NCBI GenBank assembly: GCA_963805625.1
Contig: CAWDVE010000017.1
Coordinates: forward strand, 921,912 to 985,911
Source of the DNA: an uncultured Candidatus Rokubacteria bacterium
Lineage (GTDB): Bacteria > Methylomirabilota > Methylomirabilia > Rokubacteriales > DASRDR01
Reading direction: 5' to 3'
Length of the DNA stretch: 64,000 nt
Shown: piece by piece, positions 29,535 to 39,206 of the stretch
How positions within the stretch are numbered: position 1 is the first letter of the stretch
How the letters are laid out: every line of letters begins with the position of its first letter
Notes under the pieces: model-generated
What the model saw: only the letters and a program-made list of their open reading frames with translations
Told to the model about the DNA's origin: nothing
Database searches by the model: none
Program-made: the position numbers and the translations under genes

Positions 29535-30429
29535 CCCGGTTGCGGTTGCGCGTGGGGAGCAGCCAATCGCTCGCCGGGCGCCCCAGGGGGTCGGCGAAAC
29601 GGTCTGGCGGTTCGCGCGCAAGAAGCCTCTGGGCGCTGCCGGGGCCCTCATCATGGGGGTCATTGTCGCGACCGCGCTCCTTGCGAATCTGTTCGCCACG
29701 CACGACCCCATCGCGACGGAGGCGGCAAGGACGCTGGCGAGGCCGAGCCCGGATCACTGGTTGGGCACTGACAACCTTGGCCGGGACATCTACTCGCGCA
29801 TCGTCCACGGGGCCCGGGTCTCGCTCATCGTGGGTGTGGCGTCGACCCTCCTCGGCTCCGCTCTGGGCGGGGTGATCGGGCTCCTTTCGGGCTACGCGGG
29901 CGGCAAGGTCGATCTGGCGACCCAGCGGTTCCTCGACATCCTCCAGGGGCTCCCACTCTTGGTCCTGGCGCTCGTGATGTCGGCCGCGCTCGGTCCCTCC
30001 CTCACCAACGTTGTGATCGCGATCTCAGTCCCGATCATCCCGCGGGCGGCACGGGTTATCCGCTCCAGCGTGCTCGCGATCCGCGAGATGCAGTACGTTG
30101 AGGCCGCGCGGGCATTGGGGCTCCGTCACCTCCGGATCGCGTTCCGTCACGTCCTGCCGAACACGATGGGCCCGTTCATCGTCCTCTGCACCGCGCAGCT
30201 CGGGAGCGCGATCCTGGTCGAGGCCGCACTCTCGTTCCTCGGCCTTGGCGTGCCCGAGCCATACCCCTCGTGGGGGCGGATGCTGTCGCTCTCGGCGGCG
30301 GAGTACGCGCAGAAGGCGCCGCACCTCGTGCTGTTCCCGGGCCTCGCGATCAGCCTCGCCGTCTTCGGGTCGAATCTCCTCGGGGACGCGCTCCGCGACA
30401 CACTCGACCCGCGGCTCCGGGGCGCCTGA
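29524..30429 (+). CDS. ABC permease, DppC type
   Basis: HWLGTDNLGRD, YVEAARALG, HVLPN, GDALRDTLDP. Confidence 0.92.
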   Translation: MGTSPVAVARGEQPIARRAPQGVGETVWRFARKKPLGAAGALIMGVIVATALLANLFATHDPIATEAARTLARPSPDHWLGTDNLGRDIYSRIVHGARVSLIVGVASTLLGSALGGVIGLLSGYAGGKVDLATQRFLDILQGLPLLVLALVMSAALGPSLTNVVIAISVPIIPRAARVIRSSVLAIREMQYVEAARALGLRHLRIAFRHVLPNTMGPFIVLCTAQLGSAILVEAALSFLGLGVPEPYPSWGRMLSLSAAEYAQKAPHLVLFPGLAISLAVFGSNLLGDALRDTLDPRLRGA

Positions 30430-30497
30430 GCGACCTGCCGGACGGGCAGGGAGCCACGGGTGCTAGAATCGCGCGTGGTGCTCCTCGCGTGCCGGTG

Positions 30498-30956
30498 ATG
30501 ACCGAGTCCGACGCCCTGCCGCCCTCTGGCTACGACACGGCCGACGATCCACGACGTGTCGTGTTGGCCGATCTGGTGGCCCGTCTCGCCGCGGCCGCGA
30601 CCGCGGGGGCCCGGGGCTACGAAGCGGCGGCAAGTCGCGCGGAGGGCGGCCTCCGGCACGCGCTCGAGGAGCTCGCCCGTGCCAAGCATGCCGAGGCTGC
30701 CGGGCTCGCCCCGCTGGCGCGGTCCCTGGGGGTATCGGCGCCGCTCCTGCCCCCTCCGCTGCCGTCCAGGGCGCCCGTTTCCTGGGGGGAGATCCTGGGG
30801 GAGGCGTTCCAGGCGGAGCGGGTCCTCGAGGGGGTTGGCCGGGAGCTGGCTGGTCTGACCTCGGAGCCGGCCGTCAGGGCCCTGGCGACCCGCCTGATCA
30901 CCAGGGTGAGCCGGGACCGGGAGGAGGTGCGTAGGCTCTACCTGCGGTACACCTAG
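30498..30956 (+). CDS. Ferritin-like four-helix protein (degenerate metal ligands)
   Basis: Helical pattern GYEAAA..LEELARAKHAE..EAFQAERVL; extended -10 TGCTAGAAT upstream. Confidence 0.6.
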   Translation: MTESDALPPSGYDTADDPRRVVLADLVARLAAAATAGARGYEAAASRAEGGLRHALEELARAKHAEAAGLAPLARSLGVSAPLLPPPLPSRAPVSWGEILGEAFQAERVLEGVGRELAGLTSEPAVRALATRLITRVSRDREEVRRLYLRYT

Positions 30957-31027
30957 ACCTGCAAGCCCCCAACCGGTCGTCCCTCTCAAAGCCACGTTTT
31001 TCTCTTTTTCGAACGGCATTTTTACCC

Positions 31028-31056
31028 TTGACAGCCCCCTTGCCCCCCGCTAGTAT
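31028..31056 (+). promoter_or_regulatory. Sigma70 promoter of the dcw cluster (Pmra)
   Basis: TTGACA (31028), 17-nt spacer, TAGTAT (31051); T-rich upstream tract. Confidence 0.85.
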
Positions 31057-31064
31057 CCCGCTTC

Positions 31065-31094
31065 AAGTGGGATGAAGTGGGATGAAAGTCCGTA
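31065..31094 (+). promoter_or_regulatory. MraZ-binding direct repeats
   Basis: AAGTGGGATG twice at a 10-nt period plus a degenerate third copy; matches known GTGG/TGGG MraZ boxes upstream of mraZ. Confidence 0.8.
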
Positions 31095-31179
31095 AACGAT
31101 CGGTTCAAGGTCCATTTCTGGGACAGGGGTGGACGTACGGACCAGGTCGTAACGCCTGAGAGAGGGCGGAGGCACCGGG

Positions 31180-31620
31180 GTGTTTCGCGGCAGGTACGAG
31201 CACACGATCGACCCGAAGGGCCGCCTGAGCATTCCCTCGCGCTATCGCGAGGAGCTCGCGGCGCGCGGGATCACCACCCTGGTCCTCAGCGAAGGGGACC
31301 ATTGCGTCTGGGCGTTTCCCCTCGACGCGTGGGAGCAGCTGGAAGAGCGGCTCCGGCTGCACCCGCAGCTCTCCCCCGAGCGCCGGAGCGTCGTCCGCGT
31401 CATGGTGGCCAGCGCGAAGGAGTGTCCCGTCGACCGCGCCGGCCGGACGCTGGTCCCGCCCGAGCTGCGCGAGTTCGCGGGGCTCAAGAAAGACGTCATG
31501 ATCACCGGTGCGCTCGAGTGGTTCGAGATCTGGAGCCGCGAGCGCTGGGCCGATCATCGCCAGACGCTGCGCGTCGGCTTCGACGAGATGACTCGCAAAC
31601 TGTCGGAGCACGGGGCATGA
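31180..31620 (+). CDS. mraZ: Division/cell-wall cluster repressor MraZ
   Basis: MFRGRYEHTIDPKGRL and DRAGR repeats. Confidence 0.96.
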   Translation: MFRGRYEHTIDPKGRLSIPSRYREELAARGITTLVLSEGDHCVWAFPLDAWEQLEERLRLHPQLSPERRSVVRVMVASAKECPVDRAGRTLVPPELREFAGLKKDVMITGALEWFEIWSRERWADHRQTLRVGFDEMTRKLSEHGA

Positions 31621-31721
31621 GCACGCCGGCCGCCACGGGTCGAGGACCGGCCGCCACAGGTCGAAGACCGTCGGATCAACGCCGTCCGATCATTTCCGGC
31701 GCAACCAGGGTAGCCCAGTGA
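31617..31721 (+). other. 34-aa bridging mini-ORF containing a 21-bp tandem repeat
   Basis: ATGA overlap with the mraZ stop, GTGA overlap with the rsmH start; repeat CCGGCCGCCAC(G/A)GGTCGA(G/A)GA at 31626 and 31647. Confidence 0.45.
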
Positions 31722-32653
31722 GTGCGGTGGTGGATCGACCCGAAGTGGCGCGCGCGGCCCACGGGGTCCACGTGCCGGTGCTGGTCGACGAGGTCCTCCG
31801 CTGGCTCACGCCTATCCCGCCCGGCACCTGGATCGTGGACGGGACCGTGGGACTCGGCGGCCACGCCGCGGCACTCCTGTCGCACGCCACGGAGAGCCGG
31901 CTCCTCGGCCTCGATCGGGACTCGGAGGCCCTCGCGCACGCGGCGCGCCGCCTCGCCCCGTTCGAGGGTCGCTGCGTCCTCCGGCACGCCGACTTCCGGT
32001 ACCTCGACGCCGAGGCTCGCGCGTGCGGCGCGGCCCCGGCGCACGCTGTCCTCCTGGATCTTGGGCTCTCGTCGTTCCAGCTCGAGCGGAGCGGCCGCGG
32101 CTTCTCCTTTCAGGGCGACGAGCCACTCGATATGCGCTTCGACACGCGCCAACCGCTCACCGCCGCCGAACTCGTCAGGCGGACGCCCGAGCCCGAGCTG
32201 GCCCGCATCATCCACGAGTACGGCGAGGAGCCGGCGTCGCGACGGATCGCCCGGCGGATCGCCCAGGTGCGGGCGCGGACTCCCATCGAGACGACGCGGC
32301 AGCTCGCCGACCTGGTGGCGTCCTCGATCCCGCCACACCGGCGGTCACATCGCATTCATCCCGCCACCCGAACGTTCCAGGCTCTCCGAATCGCCGTCAA
32401 TGACGAGCTGGGAAGCCTGGAGACCGCCCTCCCGCAGGGCGCCGAGCTCCTGGCGCCTGGTGGCCGGTTCGGCGTGATCGCGTTCCACTCTCTCGAGGAT
32501 CGCCTCGTCAAGAGCACTTTCCGCCGGCTTGCGCACGCCGGCTGGCGGGCGCTCACGCGGAAGCCCCTGCGCCCCAGCGACGACGAGGTCCACTCCAACC
32601 CCCGAGCCCGGAGCGCGCGGTTCCGGGTCCTGGAGCGAGGCGCTGCATCATGA
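31718..32653 (+). CDS. rsmH: 16S rRNA C1402 N4-methyltransferase
   Basis: HVPVL, DGTVGLGGH, DLGLSSFQL, PLDMR, FQALRIAVN, FHSLEDR, NPRARSA. Confidence 0.96.
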   Translation: MSAVVDRPEVARAAHGVHVPVLVDEVLRWLTPIPPGTWIVDGTVGLGGHAAALLSHATESRLLGLDRDSEALAHAARRLAPFEGRCVLRHADFRYLDAEARACGAAPAHAVLLDLGLSSFQLERSGRGFSFQGDEPLDMRFDTRQPLTAAELVRRTPEPELARIIHEYGEEPASRRIARRIAQVRARTPIETTRQLADLVASSIPPHRRSHRIHPATRTFQALRIAVNDELGSLETALPQGAELLAPGGRFGVIAFHSLEDRLVKSTFRRLAHAGWRALTRKPLRPSDDEVHSNPRARSARFRVLERGAAS

Positions 32654-33054
32654 CGCGGTTGATCCAGGACCAGTCCTCCACGGTCGTTCGCGAGCGCGAC
32701 CGGCGCCGCCTCCGGGCCATGGCCGGGGTGCTGTGCCTCGGCTGCGTGCTGGTCGGGGCCGTCCTCGGCTACGTGTGGCTGCAGGTGCAGCGGGTGCGCG
32801 TCTCCTACGGCATCGAGGCGCTCCGCGCCTCCCGCACCCGCCTCGAGGAGCAGAATCGGAAGCTCCAGCTGGAGCTGGCCTCTCTCCGCGCGTTCGCGCG
32901 GGTGGACTCAGCCGCGCGGCGCCTGGGCCTGACGCCGCCCGCACCTGACCAGATCCGGCTCGCGCGCGAGTACATCGCGCCCGACGGGAGCGGCCGCAGC
33001 ACGTCGCTCCGGGCGGCAGCGGAAAGCGACCTCCAGAAGACCGGGCGACCTTGA
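32650..33054 (+). CDS. ftsL: Cell division protein FtsL
   Basis: Single TM plus coiled coil, ARRLGL..P; position between rsmH and ftsI. Confidence 0.8.
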   Translation: MTRLIQDQSSTVVRERDRRRLRAMAGVLCLGCVLVGAVLGYVWLQVQRVRVSYGIEALRASRTRLEEQNRKLQLELASLRAFARVDSAARRLGLTPPAPDQIRLAREYIAPDGSGRSTSLRAAAESDLQKTGRP

Positions 33055-33227
33055 TCATTTCATGACGCGCGCCGGCCAGCCCGCCGCCGCGGTCGGTCCC
33101 CGGGGGACGACCGGCTTTCGACCGGCCACGGTGACACGGCGGTGACCGCCGGCGCGCGACCGGACGGGCGGGGTCCACGGCCGGGTCGGGCCTTCCCGGC
33201 GGCCGCCCCCGCCCTCGTCCGGAGACC

Positions 33228-35207
33228 ATGACGGAGCCTGCGTCCCGATACCGAAGCCGTGCACTCGTCCTGACCGGTTGCCTCATCCTCCTGCTCGGGG
33301 GCATCGTCCTCCGGCTGGGCTACCTCCAGATCGTCCGTCACGACGAGCTTGCCCGCCTCGCCGAACGGCAGTACTCCAAGACCATCCCACTCCGGCCCGA
33401 GCGGGGTCCGATCCTCGACCGCAACGGATACGCGCTGGCCGTGAGTGCCCCGGTCGAATCCGTCTACGCCTTGCCCGGACGGATCGCCGACCGGACCGTC
33501 GTGGCTGCCGCGCTGGCCCCGCACCTTGGCGAGCGGCCGCGGGACATCGAGCAGCGCCTAGCCAGCGACCGCCCGTTCGTCTGGGTGAAGGTGAAGATTC
33601 CGCCGGCCGCGGCCGAGGCCATCCGGGCACGCCGGCTGCCGGGGATCGGTACCGTGCCCGAGGCGCTCCGGTTCTATCCGAACCGTGAGTTGGCGGCCCA
33701 GATTCTCGGATTCGTCGGGAGGGACGACCGGGGTCTCGAGGGCATGGAGCTGGCCCACGACAAGTCCCTGGCGGGCGAGGCGGGGCTGGCGCTCGTCGAG
33801 CGGGACGCCCTCGGGCGCGAGATGACCGGGCAGCCGACGATCCTCAAGACGCCGACGCCGGGGACCGGCCTTGTCCTGACCATCGACGCGACCGTGCAGT
33901 ACCTCGCCGAGCGCGAGCTGGAGGCGGCGTGGCGCACCACCGGCGCCAAGGCCGGGATGGTCCTCGTCATGGACCCCCGGACGGGCGAGATCCTGGCGAT
34001 GGCGATGCGCCCGACCTTCAACCCCAACGCGTACCAGACCGCCACGGCCGACCAGTGGCGGAACCGCGCCGTGACGGACCCCTTTGAGCCTGGATCGACG
34101 TTCAAGGCCATCCTCGCCGCCTCGGCTCTTGAGGACGGGGTCGTGAAGCCAGGAGACCGATTCTACGGGGAGCAGGGTGTCATCACGATCGCCAACCGGA
34201 CGATTCACGACTGGAAGAAGTACGGCTGGCTGACATTCCAGCAGGTCCTCCAGTACTCCTCGAATGTGGGCGCCATCAAGGTGGGCCTCCAGCTCGGCCG
34301 GGAGCGATACTACCGGCACGTCACGGAGTTCGGCTTCGGGAGCCTCACGGGAGTCGGCCTTCCCGGCGAGAGCCGCGGGCAGCTCCGCCCGCCCGACCGG
34401 TGGTCGGGGCTGTCCTTGGCGAGCATCTCGATCGGTCAGGAGGTGTCGGTGACGGGGGTGCAGATGCTCGCCGCGTTCGGCGCCCTCGCCAATGGTGGCC
34501 GGCTGATGCAGCCTCACATCGTCCGCGCGGTGCTCGATCGGAGCGGCCGGGAAGTCCGGCGGACGGAGCCCCAAGCCGTGCGCCAGGTCATCTCGCCCGA
34601 GACGGCCGCGACCCTCAACGACATCCTGACGTCCGTGGTGGCCGAGGGAACCGGGCACAAGGCTGTCGTCCAGGGCTACGCCGTCGCCGGCAAGACGGGG
34701 ACGGCCCAGAAGCCAGACCCGGTCACGCACGTCTACTCCCGTAAGCCCGGCGTGCTCTCGTTCATCGGGTTCGTTCCCTCGAACGCCCCGCGGCTGGTGA
34801 TCCTGGCCTTGCTCGACGAACCCAAGACCGTGGTCTGGGGATCCGAGGCGGCGGCCCCGATCTTCGCGGCGGTGGCGGGGCCGGTCCTGCGGCACCTTGA
34901 CGTGGCGCCGACCGAGGCCGTGCCCGCGGTCCAGATCGTGCGAGCAGCCGGTCGGGACGCCGAACGGGAGCCGCCGGCGGAACCAGCTGCTGGAATGTCG
35001 CCGGACGCGGAGGCGCTGATGCCGGATCTCACCGGGAAGAGCCTACGCCAGGCGCTCGCTCTCCTGGGTGCGCTCGACATTGACGTGGCGGTGGCGGGGC
35101 GGGGGCTCGTCGTGCGTCAGACGCCGGCACCCGGGACGCCGCTTGGCCCCGGGGCATCCTGCCGCCTGGAGCTGGCACCGCCAACGGCCATCCGGATGGA
35201 GTCGTGA
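33228..35207 (+). CDS. ftsI: Penicillin-binding protein 3 with C-terminal PASTA domain
   Basis: RGPILDRNG, EPGSTFK (SxxK), SSN, AGKTGTAQ; MPDLTG..G.VVRQTP PASTA. Confidence 0.93.
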   Translation: MTEPASRYRSRALVLTGCLILLLGGIVLRLGYLQIVRHDELARLAERQYSKTIPLRPERGPILDRNGYALAVSAPVESVYALPGRIADRTVVAAALAPHLGERPRDIEQRLASDRPFVWVKVKIPPAAAEAIRARRLPGIGTVPEALRFYPNRELAAQILGFVGRDDRGLEGMELAHDKSLAGEAGLALVERDALGREMTGQPTILKTPTPGTGLVLTIDATVQYLAERELEAAWRTTGAKAGMVLVMDPRTGEILAMAMRPTFNPNAYQTATADQWRNRAVTDPFEPGSTFKAILAASALEDGVVKPGDRFYGEQGVITIANRTIHDWKKYGWLTFQQVLQYSSNVGAIKVGLQLGRERYYRHVTEFGFGSLTGVGLPGESRGQLRPPDRWSGLSLASISIGQEVSVTGVQMLAAFGALANGGRLMQPHIVRAVLDRSGREVRRTEPQAVRQVISPETAATLNDILTSVVAEGTGHKAVVQGYAVAGKTGTAQKPDPVTHVYSRKPGVLSFIGFVPSNAPRLVILALLDEPKTVVWGSEAAAPIFAAVAGPVLRHLDVAPTEAVPAVQIVRAAGRDAEREPPAEPAAGMSPDAEALMPDLTGKSLRQALALLGALDIDVAVAGRGLVVRQTPAPGTPLGPGASCRLELAPPTAIRMES

Positions 35208-36745
35208 TGAGCACGGACGCCGCCCGGCGTGAGGTTCTCCTGGGGACGCTTCTCGAGGCGATGCCCGAGCGGCAGATCCTGGGTTCTTTGCCCGCGACCG
35301 TGTGCGGCCTCACGGACGACTCCCGCCAGGTCATTGCCGGGGGCTGTTTCGTCGCGGTCCGCGGGCTTCGCGCCGACGGGCACCGTTTCATCCCCCAGGC
35401 GATCGAGCGGGGTGCCCGGGCCGTCGTGGCGGAGCCTCCTGACCCATGGCCCGGCGAGGCTGTGGGACGGATCCTGGTCCCGGACACCCGCCGGGCGCTT
35501 CCATGGCTGGCGGATGCTTACTACGGGCATCCCTCCCGGGCCCTTGTCGTCGTGGGTATCACAGGGACGAACGGGAAAACCACGACGTCCTATCTCTGCG
35601 AGGCTCTTCTCCGGGCTCGGGATCTCGCCACGGGCGTTATCGGGACGATCCAGTACGTCGTGCGCGGGCAGGCCCGCGACGCCGGCCAGACCACGCCCGA
35701 GGCGATCGAGCTCCAGGGGCTACTCGCCGAGATGGTGGCGGCAGGGGTCGGCGGCGTCGCCATGGAGGTGTCCTCGCACGCCATCGCGCTTCACCGCGTG
35801 GACGGCGTCGGGTTCGACGTGGCCGTGTTCACGAACCTCACCCAGGACCATCTCGACTTCCACGGGACGATGCAGGAGTATGCCGCCGCCAAGCGCCGCC
35901 TCTTCTTCGAACTCCTGTCAGCGGGAGGGAAGCCCGGGGCGACCGCGGTGCTCAACGCCGATGATCCGGTGGGGGCGGAGTGGGCGGCCGCGCTTCCCGG
36001 CCGGGTCCTCACGTTCGGACTGGGGCCCGGCCACGCGATCCGCCCCCTCCAGCACGAGTCGGGCCTCGAGGGCATCCGGCTCCTCGCGACGAGCCCGGGA
36101 GGGCCTGTCCGGATTGTCTCGCCGCTTATTGGCGAGCACAATGTGATGAACCTTCTCGGTGCGGTGGGGGTCGGCGTCGCCCTGGGTCTCGACTCTCCGG
36201 CCATCGCCTCGGCGCTCGGATCCGTGACCCGGGTGCCGGGTCGATTCGAGCGGGTGGAGGCGGGTCAGGACTTCCTGGTGGTGGTCGACTACGCCCACAC
36301 CCCCGACGCGCTCCAGCGAGTCCTGGAGACGGCCCGGCATCTTACGCCTCGGCGGCTCGGCGTCGTCTTCGGAGCGGGCGGCGACCGGGACCGCGGCAAG
36401 CGCCCAGTGATGGGACGGATCGCGGCGGCGCTCGCCGATCGCGTCTGGCTGACCTCGGACAACCCCCGCTCGGAGGATCCCAGCGCTATCATCGAGGAGA
36501 TCGCGGCCGGCCTGGTCCCGCCCCCACCGGGCGGCCACGTCCGAGATCCGGACCGCCGGGAAGCGATCCGCCGGGCGCTCGACTGGGCCCGGCCCGGCGA
36601 CACGGTGGTCATCGCGGGGAAGGGTCACGAGACGTACCAGATCATCGCCGGCCAGATCCTGCCGTTCGACGACCGGGTGGTGGCCCGGGAATTCCTGGCC
36701 GGCCGCGCGGGTGAGGCGGGTGGAGGGGCGCCGTGCCGCGCCTGA
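35204..36745 (+). CDS. murE: UDP-MurNAc-tripeptide synthetase (meso-DAP type)
   Basis: GTNGKTT, MEVSSH, DYAHTPD, DNPR specificity motif, GKGHE. Confidence 0.96.
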   Translation: MMSTDAARREVLLGTLLEAMPERQILGSLPATVCGLTDDSRQVIAGGCFVAVRGLRADGHRFIPQAIERGARAVVAEPPDPWPGEAVGRILVPDTRRALPWLADAYYGHPSRALVVVGITGTNGKTTTSYLCEALLRARDLATGVIGTIQYVVRGQARDAGQTTPEAIELQGLLAEMVAAGVGGVAMEVSSHAIALHRVDGVGFDVAVFTNLTQDHLDFHGTMQEYAAAKRRLFFELLSAGGKPGATAVLNADDPVGAEWAAALPGRVLTFGLGPGHAIRPLQHESGLEGIRLLATSPGGPVRIVSPLIGEHNVMNLLGAVGVGVALGLDSPAIASALGSVTRVPGRFERVEAGQDFLVVVDYAHTPDALQRVLETARHLTPRRLGVVFGAGGDRDRGKRPVMGRIAAALADRVWLTSDNPRSEDPSAIIEEIAAGLVPPPPGGHVRDPDRREAIRRALDWARPGDTVVIAGKGHETYQIIAGQILPFDDRVVAREFLAGRAGEAGGGAPCRA

Positions 36746-38139
36746 CGCTCGCCGAGCTGGTCCGCGGCACCCAGGGCGCGCTCATCGGCGGGCGCTTGGA
36801 GACGCTCGTCACCGGCGTGTCGATCGACAGCCGCACCTGCCGCCCGGGCGATGCGTTCTTCGCGATTCGCGGGGCGACTCAGGACGGCCACGCCTTCATC
36901 GCCCACGCCCGCATGCGGGGCGCCGCCTGCGCGGTGACGACGCGCATCCCGCCCGGGCTCGGTGCGGAGGCGGACTTCCCGGTCGTCCTGGTCGACGACA
37001 CGACGGCGGCGCTCCAACGGCTGGGCGCCGCCCATCGCCGCCGCTTCGCCATCCCAGTCGTCGGGATCACGGGCTCCAACGGGAAGACCACGACGAAGGA
37101 GCTGGTCGCGACGGTGCTGTCCGCCCGCCGGCGTGTGCTCAAGCCTGTGGGGAGCTACAACAACCAGTGGGGCGTGCCGCTGACGCTTCTCGCGCTTGAG
37201 CCTGAGCACGAGGCGGCGGTGCTCGAGATCGGCATGAACGCCTTCGGGGAGATTGCCGCGCTCGCCCAGCTCTGCCAACCGACCCTCGGGGTGGTGACGT
37301 CGATCGCGCCGGCCCACCTGGAGGGCGTAGGGACGATCGAGGGGGTCCAGAAGGCGAAGGGGGAGCTCGTCGAGGCGATTCCTCCTGACGGGGTCGTGGT
37401 GCTGAACGCGGACGACCCCCTGGTGCTCGCGCTCGCGGCCCGGGCCCGCGGCCCGGTGATGACGTATGGCCAGGCCGACCAGGCCGATGTCCGGCTCGGC
37501 GACGTCGCCCTGGTCGAGGGGGGACTCGGGTTCCGGCTGGTCGCCGGCCCCGCGACGGCCGATGTTCGGCTTCCGCTGGCCGGTCGGCACAACGCGTGGC
37601 ACGCGGCGGCCGCGGCGGCGGTCGGGCTGGCGCTGGGCGTGCCGCTCGACGAGGCCGCGGCGGCCCTCGCCCTGGCGGTACCCGTCAAAGGGCGGCTCGT
37701 CTGGCGCGAGGCCGGCGGGATCCGGATCCTCGACGACACCTACAACGCGAACCCCGTCTCCGTTCGCGCCGCCCTCGACGCGTTTCGGGAGGCCCCGGGC
37801 GGGGGCCGTCGCTGGGTGATCCTCGGCGACATGCTGGAGCTCGGGGCGCACACCGAGGCGACCCACCGCGAGGTCGGGGCGTGGGTGGCCGGGCTGCCCG
37901 TGGCCGGGCTGGCGACCGTGGGCTCCGCGATGCGCCTGACGGCGGAGGTCGCGCGGGCGGGCGGCTGCCCCGACGTCGCCACCTTCGCCAGTCCCGAGGG
38001 TGCGGCGGCGCACGTGATCACCCGCGTCGCGCGCGGGGACCGCGTCCTGGTCAAGGGATCGCGGGGCATGCGGATGGAGCGGGCGGTCGACGCGCTCCTG
38101 GCGGGGCTCGGCGCTCGCGCGGAGGTGTCGCGGTGCTGA
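36733..38139 (+). CDS. murF: UDP-MurNAc-pentapeptide synthetase
   Basis: GSNGKTTTKE, NNQWGVP, DTYNANP, GDMLELG, KGSR. Confidence 0.96.
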   Translation: MPRLTLAELVRGTQGALIGGRLETLVTGVSIDSRTCRPGDAFFAIRGATQDGHAFIAHARMRGAACAVTTRIPPGLGAEADFPVVLVDDTTAALQRLGAAHRRRFAIPVVGITGSNGKTTTKELVATVLSARRRVLKPVGSYNNQWGVPLTLLALEPEHEAAVLEIGMNAFGEIAALAQLCQPTLGVVTSIAPAHLEGVGTIEGVQKAKGELVEAIPPDGVVVLNADDPLVLALAARARGPVMTYGQADQADVRLGDVALVEGGLGFRLVAGPATADVRLPLAGRHNAWHAAAAAAVGLALGVPLDEAAAALALAVPVKGRLVWREAGGIRILDDTYNANPVSVRAALDAFREAPGGGRRWVILGDMLELGAHTEATHREVGAWVAGLPVAGLATVGSAMRLTAEVARAGGCPDVATFASPEGAAAHVITRVARGDRVLVKGSRGMRMERAVDALLAGLGARAEVSRC

Positions 38140-39206
38140 CGGCCCTCGCGGCTTTCGCCAAGTATCACATCATGTTCAACGTCTTTCGGTACATCACGTT
38201 CCGGACCGCGATGGCCCTCGTGACGGCGCTCCTCCTGTCCCTCTGCCTCGGACCGTGGATGATCCGGAAGCTCCGGGAACGCCAGATCGGCGAGACCATC
38301 CGCACCGACGGGCCGGAGCGTCACCGGGCCAAGGCGGGGACGCCCACGATGGGTGGGCTCCTGATCCTGGGATCGCTCGTCGTCTCCGTGCTGCTCTGGG
38401 GCAACCTCCAGAACCGCTATGTATGGGTCCTGCTCCTCGTGACGGTCGCCCTGGGGGCGGTCGGCTTCTACGACGACTGGCTCAAGCTCAGGACGCGGCG
38501 CCCACTCAAGATCCGCGAGAAGTTCCTGGCCCAGCTCGCGGTTGGCCTCGCGGTCGGCCTGTACCTCTACCGGTTCCCTTCCGACGGCGTCACGACCCAG
38601 CTGTCGGTACCCTTCGTCAAGGAGTGGATCCCGGACCTTGGGCCCTGGTACATCCTCTTCGCCGCTCTGATCATCGTCGGCGCGTCCAACGCGGTGAACC
38701 TCACCGACGGGCTCGACGGGCTCGCCATGGGCCCCGTCATCGTCGCGGCGGTGGCCTTCGGGGCCATCGCCTACGTCACCGGCAACGCGCGACTGTCCGA
38801 GTACCTGTTCATCCTGAAGGTCCGGGGGGCGGGCGAGCTGACGGTGTTCTGCGGCGCCATGATGGGGGCCGGCGTCGGGTTCCTCTGGTTCAACAGCTAC
38901 CCCGCCGAGGTGTTCATGGGCGACGTGGGGTCGCTGGCCCTGGGCGGGGCCATCGGCACGCTCGCCATCCTGTCGAAGGCGGAGCTGCTCCTGCCGTTCA
39001 TCTGCGGCCTCTTCGTCGTGGAGGCCGTGTCGGTGATCCTCCAGGTGGCCTCGTTCCGACTGACGGGTCGACGCATCTTCCGGATGGCACCGCTCCACCA
39101 CCATTTCGAGCTGGCCGGATGGCCCGAGGCCAAGGTCGTGATCCGCTTCTGGATCCTGGCGCTGCTGATGGCGCTCCTGGCGCTCACGACGCTCAAGCTC
39201 CGATGA
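38133..39206 (+). CDS. mraY: Phospho-MurNAc-pentapeptide transferase
   Basis: GTPTMGG, YDD, NAVNLTDGLDGL, FMGDVG, MAPLHHHFE. Confidence 0.96.
   Translation: MLTALAAFAKYHIMFNVFRYITFRTAMALVTALLLSLCLGPWMIRKLRERQIGETIRTDGPERHRAKAGTPTMGGLLILGSLVVSVLLWGNLQNRYVWVLLLVTVALGAVGFYDDWLKLRTRRPLKIREKFLAQLAVGLAVGLYLYRFPSDGVTTQLSVPFVKEWIPDLGPWYILFAALIIVGASNAVNLTDGLDGLAMGPVIVAAVAFGAIAYVTGNARLSEYLFILKVRGAGELTVFCGAMMGAGVGFLWFNSYPAEVFMGDVGSLALGGAIGTLAILSKAELLLPFICGLFVVEAVSVILQVASFRLTGRRIFRMAPLHHHFELAGWPEAKVVIRFWILALLMALLALTTLKLR

Noticed and set aside
31065-31094. 10-bp tandem repeat as a novel or CRISPR-like repeat
   Set aside because: Explained by known MraZ boxes; no spacers or cas genes.
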